63,599 nucleotides of DNA, taken from IMG/VR virus record IMGVR_UViG_3300045988_069679, positions 1-63,599 of that record, one strand, 5' to 3'. Of this stretch, positions 36,445 through 44,782 are shown in pieces. The notes under the pieces are model-generated. The model saw nothing but the letters and a program-made list of their open reading frames with translations. It searched no databases and had not been told where the DNA came from. The position numbers were made by a program, and so were the translations under genes. This DNA comes from a virus. Every line of letters starts with the position of its first letter. Position 1 is the first letter of the stretch.

Positions 36445-36895
36445 GATATATAAGGGTTATGCAGACCTTCCTTGGTTTGAGGATATATTGGATAATGGTT
36501 GTGAGTCTCTTGTGTGGTTCTTTGAGGAATTACTAAATGATGCAGAAGTGCAAGACTTGAGTATTCAATCATACATTATCCAATATGTTGAGAGTGGATT
36601 CATGAAGAGCAATATTCTTAGGAATCTGAAACAATACAAGTTCCCACAACCTCAGTATATTCATAAGTTCCCTTTTCTCAGCCAAGAAGCTATTGATTGG
36701 CTTGAATGGGAAGCTGTGAATAATGTAAAGCAAAAGCTTTATAGCAAGGTATCACAACCTTATCTAGAAAAATGGCTAGATAAACCTGAACCTACTAAGC
36801 CATCTTCATTGAGAGGAAAGAGTGAATACTTTAAATCTGTGAGAAAAGCTTCTCGCCAATACTGGTTAGAGAAAGCAATTTCTATGGGGGTATAG
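36437..36895 (+). CDS. Hypothetical replication-module protein
   Basis: ORF track 36344..36895. ATGACTAA overlap start chosen at 36437. Confidence 0.55.
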   Translation: MTKIYKGYADLPWFEDILDNGCESLVWFFEELLNDAEVQDLSIQSYIIQYVESGFMKSNILRNLKQYKFPQPQYIHKFPFLSQEAIDWLEWEAVNNVKQKLYSKVSQPYLEKWLDKPEPTKPSSLRGKSEYFKSVRKASRQYWLEKAISMGV

Positions 36896-36896
36896 T

Positions 36897-37109
36897 ATGG
36901 CACTTATATCAATAAAACCAACAAAAAGAAGTGGGAGTCTAGGACTAGAGTATAGTGAGGTACTATTGCTAGATGAAGATAGAATGATTACAAAACTAAT
37001 GCTCACACAGTATGGTTCTGTGATGGTCTACTGTGGAAGAGACATGGTAGGATTCTATAATGGTTATGTAGAAGATTTACTTGTAGGATTGGGGTGGAAT
37101 GAATGTTAA
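36897..37109 (+). CDS. Hypothetical small protein
   Basis: ORF track. Confidence 0.6.
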   Translation: MALISIKPTKRSGSLGLEYSEVLLLDEDRMITKLMLTQYGSVMVYCGRDMVGFYNGYVEDLLVGLGWNEC

Positions 37110-39025
37110 ATACAATAGACACCTCAAAACCAGTTTGCTTGGATATTGAGACAAAGGGTCTTGATAGACACAGACATGCTATTACCTCAATTCAGCTAGG
37201 ATTCACTCACACAGAGACACAAGTATATACTCGTAAGTTTTTTAACTGGGATAAGCTAGGTAAAAAGAGACAACTAGCACTCATGCGTAAGTTACAAGAG
37301 TGTAAGCTAGTTACCCACAATGGTAAATTTGACTTACTGTTCCTTTATGTTAAGACTGGCATCTCTTTAAACTTATGGCTAGATACTCTTGTGCTTGCTC
37401 ACGTTTGTGGAGAAGAAGAGTTAGGTCTTAAACCCCTCACAGAGAAGTATTTCCATGTTAAGTATGATATTTCCAAAGAAGCTAAAACTGGTACAATTAC
37501 AGAACAGTTCAAAGCCTATGGTCTTGATGATGTACTGTATCCTATGAAGCTCTTGAAGATTTTCCAAAAGAAAATTGCACGTTATGACTTGCTTAAGGTA
37601 TTTAAGCATGAAATGAGAGCATATAAAGCATACTATGAGGTTGAAAAAGGTGGAGTGCCTATCAGTCCTAGAAGACATGAGGTGCTTGAGAAACTAGAAG
37701 CAGAGCTTAAACCTTACACAGAAAAACTATTAACCTATGGAGACATAAACTGGAACTCTAATGCACAAGTAGCTAAGATTCTATTTGAGAAGTTAGATAT
37801 ACCTGTATATGATGAAAAAGGTGAGAGGTTAGGCACTGAGTATAATGTATATATTGATGATTATACTGATGGTGGTTACACTAAAATAGAATCTTGTATA
37901 GGTACATTTAAGACTAGAAAAGAAGCTAACGCTTTTGCAAGAACTATTGAAAAAACTACTTATGTAAGAAGTAATCCATTGTGGAAAAGAACTATCATAG
38001 GTTATGGTCAAGGTCTTAAAGTAATTGAGCGTACAAAAAAGGGAGCACCATCTATAGGTATAGACACACTCTCTAACTATGTAGGCAATGACTGTGTGGA
38101 TACCTTGCTTGAATATAAACGTATCTCTAAACTAATTACCTTTATTGAATCATGGGAAGACCTACAAGTAGATGGTAAAATTTATCCTAGTTTTAATATC
38201 ACAGCAAGAACAGGTAGAACTACTTGTAATTCACCTAATCTTCAACAGTGCCCTCAAGACAGCTATGTGCGTAACTTGATTGAAGCTAGACCAGGTTGGA
38301 AACTAGCAGAAATTGATTACTCACAGTTAGAGCTTCGTGTGGCTAGTTGGCTATCAGGCGACTTAAATATGCAACATGCCTATCAATCAGGAAGTGACTT
38401 GCACAGTAAGACTACAGAGCTTCTGTTTGGTGATACTAGTGAGTTAAGCCATGAAGAGCAGAAAAGAAAACGTACTCAATCTAAGAGTGCTAACTTTGGC
38501 TTTTTATATGGAATGGTTGCAAAAACATTTATTACCTATGCTAAAGGTTATGGACTAGACCTTACACAAGAGGATAGTGAAAAAATCCGTGCTGATTTCT
38601 TTAATGCCTATCCTAGATTGCTTGTGTGGCATGAAGAGTGTAAGGAGTTTGCTAGACAACATGGTTATATAGAGTCACCTATTGGACGTAAGAGATGGTT
38701 TGATAATATCAATGGATATGACTTTAAGAAGCGCTCTGCTGATGAAAGACAAGCCATTAACTCACCAGTGCAAGGGTTTGGGTCTGACCTATGTACCAGT
38801 GCTTTAGCTGAGATTGTATTCAGCAAGGAACTAGACCACACAAGATTTAATGTACTAGGTTCTGTGCATGATGCTATTCTCTTTGAGATTAAAGATGACT
38901 ATGTAGAAGAACTAATACCTAAATTACAATCAATTATGGAGAATCCTCCTATAGTCGAAGGGTTAGATGTACCTATCCCTCTTGTGGCTGATGTTGAAGT
39001 TTCTTCATGTTGGGGAGGACACTAA
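37103..39025 (+). CDS. polA: Family A DNA polymerase (3'-5' exonuclease + polymerase domains)
   Basis: CLDIETKGLD (Exo I), DYSQLELRVASWLSGD (motif A), RTQSKSANFGFLYGM (motif B), SVHDAILFE (motif C). Confidence 0.9.
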   Translation: MLNTIDTSKPVCLDIETKGLDRHRHAITSIQLGFTHTETQVYTRKFFNWDKLGKKRQLALMRKLQECKLVTHNGKFDLLFLYVKTGISLNLWLDTLVLAHVCGEEELGLKPLTEKYFHVKYDISKEAKTGTITEQFKAYGLDDVLYPMKLLKIFQKKIARYDLLKVFKHEMRAYKAYYEVEKGGVPISPRRHEVLEKLEAELKPYTEKLLTYGDINWNSNAQVAKILFEKLDIPVYDEKGERLGTEYNVYIDDYTDGGYTKIESCIGTFKTRKEANAFARTIEKTTYVRSNPLWKRTIIGYGQGLKVIERTKKGAPSIGIDTLSNYVGNDCVDTLLEYKRISKLITFIESWEDLQVDGKIYPSFNITARTGRTTCNSPNLQQCPQDSYVRNLIEARPGWKLAEIDYSQLELRVASWLSGDLNMQHAYQSGSDLHSKTTELLFGDTSELSHEEQKRKRTQSKSANFGFLYGMVAKTFITYAKGYGLDLTQEDSEKIRADFFNAYPRLLVWHEECKEFARQHGYIESPIGRKRWFDNINGYDFKKRSADERQAINSPVQGFGSDLCTSALAEIVFSKELDHTRFNVLGSVHDAILFEIKDDYVEELIPKLQSIMENPPIVEGLDVPIPLVADVEVSSCWGGH

Positions 39026-39495
39026 TGCACTTATATGACAAGTACAGTTACTCTATGGAAGACTATAAAGAGCTTAGAGAGAAGAACAGACTGTGCTTTC
39101 AAGCAGACGTAGAGCACTACTGTAGAAACCAGATTGATTATGAACCTAAATATGAGATTGGTGTGGAAGGTAGAGAATATGTGATGTGTAAGTTTGTAAA
39201 AGGCTTAAGGCATATCAATAAAACATACGGTGAAAAGATTACTGTGTTTGCAAGTTTTGATGAAATGTATAAGCTAAACTTTAGACTACCATCTAACATA
39301 GATTTTATGGTCATGCACAATAGTGCTGTGACATTCATGAAAACACGCTACGTCTCACACAATATAGCCTTTACTTACGCTGTGGGAGATAGAGGAGACC
39401 AGCTACAGATTCACTATCCAGCTAACACACCAGAGGTTGAGGAATTGGCTAAGTTCATTATCAAGAATGGTTTTAGAGAGTATGTACGCAGTTGA
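39025..39495 (+). CDS. Hypothetical protein (156 aa)
   Basis: ATG 39025 overlaps the polymerase stop (TAATG), with GGGGAGGA 5 nt upstream. Confidence 0.65.
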   Translation: MHLYDKYSYSMEDYKELREKNRLCFQADVEHYCRNQIDYEPKYEIGVEGREYVMCKFVKGLRHINKTYGEKITVFASFDEMYKLNFRLPSNIDFMVMHNSAVTFMKTRYVSHNIAFTYAVGDRGDQLQIHYPANTPEVEELAKFIIKNGFREYVRS

Positions 39496-39667
39496 CGAAT
39501 ACTTTGATGGGGAATTAGTAGAAGAGCATTTATTTCTCACTTATGAGAAAGCCTATGCCTTCTATGACCTCATGTTCAATAAGACTAAATCTACCTACTT
39601 TGTGAGGTATGAATACAGAGGTTTAATACATGACAGTAAACAAGAACAGCTCAGTTGGTATTACTGA
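39482..39667 (+). CDS. Hypothetical small protein (61 aa)
   Basis: ORF track 39437..39667; internal ATG chosen to minimise overlap. Confidence 0.5.
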   Translation: MYAVDEYFDGELVEEHLFLTYEKAYAFYDLMFNKTKSTYFVRYEYRGLIHDSKQEQLSWYY

Positions 39668-40130
39668 GGATATTATTACTAATATCATGCACTTAGGTGC
39701 TAGTGAATACCATCTTGAAATTCTTATCCGTAAATATGAAGACCAAATTAAGTTTTGGTATAACCTAGACACACCAGACTTGCAGACAGAAGAGGACAAG
39801 ATTGCCATCTATGACACAAAGGATAAAGTGAATCAGATTACAATGACCCTACAGCAAGTCACAGAACAGCGTAGAAGGGCTATGGAGCTACTTAAATCAC
39901 AAGCTAATGATAATGGCAACCCTGACCTTTGGTGCTTGTTAAAACACGTTCTCGTGGCTGTGATAACGTCCTTTGAAGCTTGGCAAGTAGATATTGCTAA
40001 TGATAAGGTTAAGTTTGTATTCTTGGAGCAGTCTCGTGTGGCTAATCAAGTATTAGCTATGTTTTTAGGCTATGAAGTCACTCCTTGCAGTGCTTGCTTA
40101 ACTGACCAATTAAAAGAAGATGGAAAATAA
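39630..40130 (+). CDS. Hypothetical protein
   Basis: ORF track; RBS AGAGG. Confidence 0.6.
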   Translation: MTVNKNSSVGITEDIITNIMHLGASEYHLEILIRKYEDQIKFWYNLDTPDLQTEEDKIAIYDTKDKVNQITMTLQQVTEQRRRAMELLKSQANDNGNPDLWCLLKHVLVAVITSFEAWQVDIANDKVKFVFLEQSRVANQVLAMFLGYEVTPCSACLTDQLKEDGK

Positions 40131-40164
40131 AAGGGAAAATTTTTAAATTTTCTCTAATTTCCTC

Positions 40165-40193
40165 TTGACAAATATCCGAATATAGGTTAAACT
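40165..40193 (+). promoter_or_regulatory. Promoter TTGACA-17-TAAACT
   Basis: CCTCTTGACAaatatccgaatataggtTAAACT. Confidence 0.65.
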
Positions 40194-40217
40194 AGTATAT
40201 GTAGAAAGGAGCAAGAC

Positions 40218-40892
40218 ATGAAAGAACAAATTTTAAAAAGTCTTGAGACCATGAGCAAAGCTCAGTTAAGTAAAGAAATTGGTATCACACCATTCATCTT
40301 AAACAAGTTTATTTCATGCAAGATGGAAACAATTAAAACAGAGTATTTAGATAAAGTGAAAGCCTATTATGGAGAAGAGGAAGAGCCTAAACAAGATAGA
40401 GCTACACTCTCTGTAGAAGTACCTGAGCTTTCTAAAGAAGAAATTAAATTTTTCAATACACTACAAACAAGTAGTATTCATGATAAAATTAGCACACTAG
40501 GTTACATTAACTATGTATTTACGTCTAATGCAAGACAATCACAGCCTTGGTTTATCCGTCTAGCACGAGGTAAGAAGGCTGATGAGATTAAAGACTTAAT
40601 TAAACGATTAGGATTGGCTGTTCTGTGTGGACGTTATAATGAGAAGGAATCTGAAAAAACTTATGCAATTAAGTTGCCATCAGAGCATTACTTCTGTAAA
40701 TATGGTAATGGAAGCACTGGTTGGTCTGTAGAACCTAATAAGTTCACAGTCAAGTCAACTAATAAGGAAGAACTAGCTAAAGAGTATCCTGAATTTAAAG
40801 ATTTCATTGTGGAGCTTGGTGTGCTAATTGAGCATTACAATGGAAAGCCAAGAGGATATACAATTAGTGAGCGTACTAGGAAGAAGAATTAG
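40218..40892 (+). CDS. Protein with an N-terminal HTH-like segment (224 aa)
   Basis: ORF track; RBS AAAGGAG; MSKAQLSKEIGITPFILNKFI. Confidence 0.6.
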   Translation: MKEQILKSLETMSKAQLSKEIGITPFILNKFISCKMETIKTEYLDKVKAYYGEEEEPKQDRATLSVEVPELSKEEIKFFNTLQTSSIHDKISTLGYINYVFTSNARQSQPWFIRLARGKKADEIKDLIKRLGLAVLCGRYNEKESEKTYAIKLPSEHYFCKYGNGSTGWSVEPNKFTVKSTNKEELAKEYPEFKDFIVELGVLIEHYNGKPRGYTISERTRKKN

Positions 40893-41271
40893 AGAGCTAC
40901 GTCTCTCAAACAAGATGACACAAATGCAACTATCTAAGCGATTAGGTTATAAGAATAACTCTCGTGTGGCTAGTTGGGAGAATGGTCATAACTTACCGTC
41001 TGCTATGAATGTTAAGCGACTATCTGAGGTATTTGAGGTAGATTTGATGCAATATGTTAAAGAAGGTGTACCTACTATTGACATTGAGATTGGACGTATT
41101 ATCCGAAAAGCAAAACAGCTTGGTAAAACTCGTATGCAGACAATCAAAGCCCTAGATAGAAAAGGACTAATCACAGAAGAAAATGAAAAGAAAGTTTTTG
41201 AAGCTATACTGTCTGGTAAGTGGGTGTCTACTATTGCTCCTAAGTCTAGCACTAATGCTGATGCTGAATAG
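40840..41271 (+). CDS. XRE-family (HTH_3) transcriptional regulator; start uncertain (TTG 40828, ATG 40840, GTG 40867)
   Basis: LGRRIRELRLSNKMTQMQLSKRLGY...VASWENGHNLPS...RLSEVFEV is a canonical XRE HTH. Confidence 0.7.
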   Translation: MESQEDIQLVSVLGRRIRELRLSNKMTQMQLSKRLGYKNNSRVASWENGHNLPSAMNVKRLSEVFEVDLMQYVKEGVPTIDIEIGRIIRKAKQLGKTRMQTIKALDRKGLITEENEKKVFEAILSGKWVSTIAPKSSTNADAE

Positions 41272-41413
41272 AGTGAATGAGTTAGACAAGAAACTTACCA
41301 CAGTAAAGAATGATTTGAATGTAGAGAGAACACAGCGTACTGGAGCTGATTATTCAATAGGTATGAGGTTTGATACTCTCATTCATTACTTGCAAGAAGG
41401 GAAACAACCATGA
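41183..41413 (+). CDS. Hypothetical small protein; start uncertain (alternative ATG at 41255)
   Basis: ORF track. The 89-nt overlap with the XRE gene makes the long form doubtful. Confidence 0.4.
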   Translation: MKRKFLKLYCLVSGCLLLLLSLALMLMLNRVNELDKKLTTVKNDLNVERTQRTGADYSIGMRFDTLIHYLQEGKQP

Positions 41414-41844
41414 AAATAACAATAAGGATACCAAGAGAAATTGGTGAGTGGATTGAATACTGTAAGTCTCATTGTATTACATTATATGGAGCTTTAGACC
41501 CTATAGACAAGTTTGGTGAACATATTGCTGAATCTTTTAAAGGTGATGCGAATAAGTGTGCTAAATGGGCTAGAACAAACTCTAATGATTTTGCCTATGC
41601 TTGGGTAAATGGTTATGAAGTAGATGAGAAATACTACTATATAGTTATACCTTGTGGTGAGGGTACATATAGAAGAGTGTTTATGAATAGCAATAGAAAC
41701 TTAGTAATAGGTGGGTTTACATATTATTCTGAGGAAGAAGCTATAAAAATAGCAAAAGATAGTAGTTTTAAACTTACAGAGAAGATGGTTAAAGATTCTC
41801 CTCTTTCATGGGCTTGGCAGTTTGCTAAAGAATTGGAGTTGTAA
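41410..41844 (+). CDS. Hypothetical protein (possibly DUF1642-like)
   Basis: ORF track; ATGA coupling. FAYAWVNGYEVDE resembles a motif common in streptococcal/lactococcal phage proteins (from memory). Confidence 0.6.
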   Translation: MKITIRIPREIGEWIEYCKSHCITLYGALDPIDKFGEHIAESFKGDANKCAKWARTNSNDFAYAWVNGYEVDEKYYYIVIPCGEGTYRRVFMNSNRNLVIGGFTYYSEEEAIKIAKDSSFKLTEKMVKDSPLSWAWQFAKELEL

Positions 41845-41846
41845 TT

Positions 41847-42302
41847 ATGGATAATCTATTAGAAGCATTAGCAAAAGGCATGAATGTATCTATAGATGGT
41901 ATATCATCATTACTAGGTTCTATCAAGGAAAATACACCACAGCTCTATGAACAACTAGTTAGAGAGTGGACTTATTATCAAGTTTTAGGTAAATTAGCTG
42001 GAGCTATGTACATACTTATAGTTGTATTTGTTGTGATTTACCTTTGTGTAAGATACAACCTTGAGGTAGATGGTGATTATATAAACATGTCAGATGTTCC
42101 TAATAATATGTCTAGGTGTGCTTATGCAAAATTACTTACACAGGAAAACATTAAAAAAGCTAGTAGTAAATTTAAAAAGATATATGTAGGTATGTTTTTA
42201 TCTCTTGCTTTAGGTTTAGTATTTGATGTTACTAGGTATATAGTATCACCTAATTATTCATTCTTTCTGAATGAAATTCTACCAAAGTTAGTGAATAAAT
42301 AG
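41847..42302 (+). CDS. Hypothetical membrane protein
   Basis: ORF track; TM segments AGAMYILIVVFVVIYLCV and IYVGMFLSLALGLVF. Confidence 0.6.
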   Translation: MDNLLEALAKGMNVSIDGISSLLGSIKENTPQLYEQLVREWTYYQVLGKLAGAMYILIVVFVVIYLCVRYNLEVDGDYINMSDVPNNMSRCAYAKLLTQENIKKASSKFKKIYVGMFLSLALGLVFDVTRYIVSPNYSFFLNEILPKLVNK

Positions 42303-42310
42303 GAGGAACT

Positions 42311-43120
42311 ATGAAATTTAGTGTATCTCGTGTGAATACCTACCTAGAAAATCCTTGGGAGCATTGGTGTAAATACATTGCTGGATATAAGGAATTACCT
42401 TCCCCTGAACGTACAAAGTACATGGATAGAGGTACAGTATTCCACACAGCTATGGAACTAATGGCACAGCACAATGGAGAACTCACAGAAGAACAGCTTA
42501 AGGAGATGACCCTTAAAGTGCATGAGTTTTCACCATTCAGTGATGAAGCTAGACACACAGGGTTACTTGCTTTGGAGCGCTATCTTGCAGAAGGTGAAAC
42601 TGTAGATTTCACCAAGGTAGTAGAGACAGAGAAGAAGATTGAGCTTAAATTGCCTAATGGTCATGAGTTTATAGGCTTTGTTGATGCTGTGATTGATAAT
42701 GGTGATGGCACTGTGTCTCTTATTGACTATAAGACCTATAGTGAAGCACCACAAGAAGCTAAGATGAAGTATAGCCTTCAAGGTAACATGTACATGGAAG
42801 TCATGACCAAGCTAGGCTATAAAGTAAAAGATTTCTGCTTTGAATGTGTGAACCCTAAAGAGGTTCTAAAAGGCAGAATGTATCGTGTGAAGCATATTAA
42901 ATTCCCTTACAATAAGTATCGTGGAGCTGATATGTTTGAGCAATTCTGTGAATTAACCACAATGATTGCTAAAAACCCTAATCTTCGTATGTATACACCA
43001 CCAGAAAAAAGACAACCTGGAGTATATGACTACTTCTATAAAGTCTATATTGGTGATGTTGTAGAAGATTTAGATGAATTTATTGAAAAAAGTTTTAAAA
43101 AAGTTGAAATTACCTCTTGA
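42311..43120 (+). CDS. PD-(D/E)XK (RecB/Cas4-like) exonuclease
   Basis: GFVDAVIDNGDGTVSLIDYKT (D...D/ExK core) and QGNMY (QxxxY). Confidence 0.7.
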   Translation: MKFSVSRVNTYLENPWEHWCKYIAGYKELPSPERTKYMDRGTVFHTAMELMAQHNGELTEEQLKEMTLKVHEFSPFSDEARHTGLLALERYLAEGETVDFTKVVETEKKIELKLPNGHEFIGFVDAVIDNGDGTVSLIDYKTYSEAPQEAKMKYSLQGNMYMEVMTKLGYKVKDFCFECVNPKEVLKGRMYRVKHIKFPYNKYRGADMFEQFCELTTMIAKNPNLRMYTPPEKRQPGVYDYFYKVYIGDVVEDLDEFIEKSFKKVEITS

Positions 43121-43145
43121 CAAGGTAACACGTTTTTGATAAACT
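43117..43145 (+). promoter_or_regulatory. Promoter TTGACA-17-TGaTAAACT; the nuclease stop codon lies within the -35
   Basis: ACCTCTTGACAaggtaacacgtttTTGaTAAACT. Confidence 0.65.
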
Positions 43146-43210
43146 AATATTGTGGTGGTAGAGCTAATCACTTTAAACCCTCTACAAATATTATTAAGGA
43201 GGTTAGCACA

Positions 43211-43495
43211 ATGGCTAACAAAAAAGAACTATTTGTCTCACTCGCTCAAGAACTTGGAATTGAATTACCAACTGACTTTCTTGAACCACGTTACATTATC
43301 TTCGTAGGTAAGAAACCACGTCGTGTTAAAGCACCATACATTGCTATCAATGCTAATGGTGAGCTTTCTGGATTCACAGAAGAAGCTGACGTGCTTGGTC
43401 ATGGTACTGACAAGATTGGTAAATTCACTCTTGCTGAAATTGAAGAACGTTTCCCTCAATTCAATCATGAAGCGTTCCTAGTTAAAGTAGACTAA
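43211..43495 (+). CDS. Hypothetical protein (94 aa) in a single-gene transcription unit
   Basis: ORF track; strong RBS AAGGAGG; own promoter and terminator. Confidence 0.75.
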   Translation: MANKKELFVSLAQELGIELPTDFLEPRYIIFVGKKPRRVKAPYIAINANGELSGFTEEADVLGHGTDKIGKFTLAEIEERFPQFNHEAFLVKVD

Positions 43496-43502
43496 TGGGT
43501 AT

Positions 43503-43530
43503 GGGCTACTTAGTAGCCCTTTACTCTTTG
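43503..43530 (+). terminator. Intrinsic terminator-like hairpin
   Basis: GGGCTAC-tta-GTAGCCC followed by TTTACTCTTT. Confidence 0.6.
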
Positions 43531-43541
43531 TGAGGTAAGTT

Positions 43542-43721
43542 ATGGGTAAAGATACTTTTACTAAAACGTTCAAAACAGCTAACACAGAGCAGTTTGATGA
43601 AAACCTAAACAAGTTCCTTGAAGGTGAAGATAAGATTATCACAAGCGTTAAGTTTGGTGATGGACGTGTGACCTTCAATGGAATCACAGTTAAAAAAGAA
43701 GAAGAGAAACAAGATGCTTAA
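43542..43721 (+). CDS. Small ORF (59 aa, MGKDTFTKTFKTANTEQFDENLNKF...), just below the ORF-track cutoff
   Basis: RBS GAGG; 8-nt overlap with the DHFR start. Confidence 0.5.
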   Translation: MGKDTFTKTFKTANTEQFDENLNKFLEGEDKIITSVKFGDGRVTFNGITVKKEEEKQDA

Positions 43722-44199
43722 GTTTATTTGGGCACAAGATAAGAATGGACTAATTGGTAACAAAGGGAGATTACCCTGGTCTAATAAAGCTGACCTTAAC
43801 TACTTTAAAAACCAAACAACAGGTGGAGTAGTTGTCATGGGTCTAGCTACATGGGTATCAATCGGAAGTAAACCCCTTAAGGGTAGAATCAATGTGGTAT
43901 TGACACACAAAGATGAGATTGATGGCTATGATGATGAGAATGTGTACATTGCTAACTCTGTGGAGGAGGTCTTACAGTTTGAAAAAGAGACTGACCGAGA
44001 TGTTTGGGTCATTGGAGGAGCAAGAACATTCAAAGCCTTTGAAAAATACTGTGAGGAAGTAGTAGTAAGTACCATTGATGGAGATTACAGTGGTGATACC
44101 TATTACTTAGGCTTAAAGGACAAACTCACAGATGATAAAGTAGTAGTAACAACGAAAGGTGAGGGCTTCACAGTGAAGCACTATAGGTTAGTAGAATGA
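43714..44199 (+). CDS. folA: Dihydrofolate reductase
   Basis: MLKFIWAQDKNGLIGNKGRLPW...DLNYFKNQT..VVMGLATWVSIG.KPLKGRINVVLT...VIGGA matches DHFR motifs. Confidence 0.85.
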   Translation: MLKFIWAQDKNGLIGNKGRLPWSNKADLNYFKNQTTGGVVVMGLATWVSIGSKPLKGRINVVLTHKDEIDGYDDENVYIANSVEEVLQFEKETDRDVWVIGGARTFKAFEKYCEEVVVSTIDGDYSGDTYYLGLKDKLTDDKVVVTTKGEGFTVKHYRLVE

Positions 44200-44498
44200 T
44201 TGAAGCACTTTTAGCAGTGATTACTGTATTGATTATAGCTCTGTGTGTTTCTATTTACTTTGTAATAGTCCTACAAGGCTCTAAAACGTCCCTAGAAGAA
44301 GATAAAAAGAACCTTGGACATATTATAATGAGCTATAGAAAAAATGAGGAGAAACAAGTTGAGAGCCTTATAGGAAGTATTGATGGAGTAACCTCTGTAA
44401 ACTTATCACCTATCCGTTACTTGGAGTTAGTTAAGGCTGAGGAAGACTTAGCTGAGTATAGACTAAAGATTAGGACGATTGGAGATTATCATGAGTGA
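44196..44498 (+). CDS. Hypothetical membrane-anchored protein
   Basis: ORF track; N-terminal TM ALLAVITVLIIALCVSIYFVIVL; ATGA coupling. Confidence 0.6.
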   Translation: MIEALLAVITVLIIALCVSIYFVIVLQGSKTSLEEDKKNLGHIIMSYRKNEEKQVESLIGSIDGVTSVNLSPIRYLELVKAEEDLAEYRLKIRTIGDYHE

Positions 44499-44583
44499 TA
44501 ACTTATATAATTTACTAGAGCAAGCTCTACTTTGTATCTTTATTATCTCCGTGTTCTATATTGACAGACGAGGTAAGAAGTAA
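44491..44583 (+). CDS. Micro-ORF 1 (30 aa, MSDNLYNLLEQALLCIFIISVFYIDRRGKK)
   Basis: GGAG RBS; overlaps the upstream stop; hydrophobic core with a basic tail. Confidence 0.45.
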   Translation: MSDNLYNLLEQALLCIFIISVFYIDRRGKK

Positions 44584-44669
44584 TGGGTGATTTAGATAAA
44601 TATCTCTATCTTCTTATAATCTTTATCTTTGTCCTAAATATAGTTTATACTAACACAAGAGGTAAGTAA
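44583..44669 (+). CDS. Micro-ORF 2 (28 aa, MGDLDKYLYLLIIFIFVLNIVYTNTRGK)
   Basis: GAGGTAAGAAGTAATG junction; same architecture as micro-ORF 1. Confidence 0.45.
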   Translation: MGDLDKYLYLLIIFIFVLNIVYTNTRGK

Positions 44670-44773
44670 TGAAAAGATTTATTGTAAACCTACTAGGGTA
44701 TATGTGGATTTTTATTCTGATTCTAATGTTAGGTTTTGGTGTATTGGCTATAATAGGATTTCTTATTAGTTAG
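44669..44773 (+). CDS. Micro-ORF 3 (34 aa, MKRFIVNLLGYMWIFILILMLGFGVLAIIGFLIS)
   Basis: AGAGGTAAGTAATG junction; single TM. Confidence 0.45.
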   Translation: MKRFIVNLLGYMWIFILILMLGFGVLAIIGFLIS

Positions 44774-44782
44774 GAGTAGGTA

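Noticed and set aside
40840-41271. Lysogeny module (repressor plus integrase)
   Set aside because: An XRE-type HTH is present, but I recognised no integrase, recombinase, excisionase or attP-like features. One HTH regulator is insufficient to call a temperate lifestyle.
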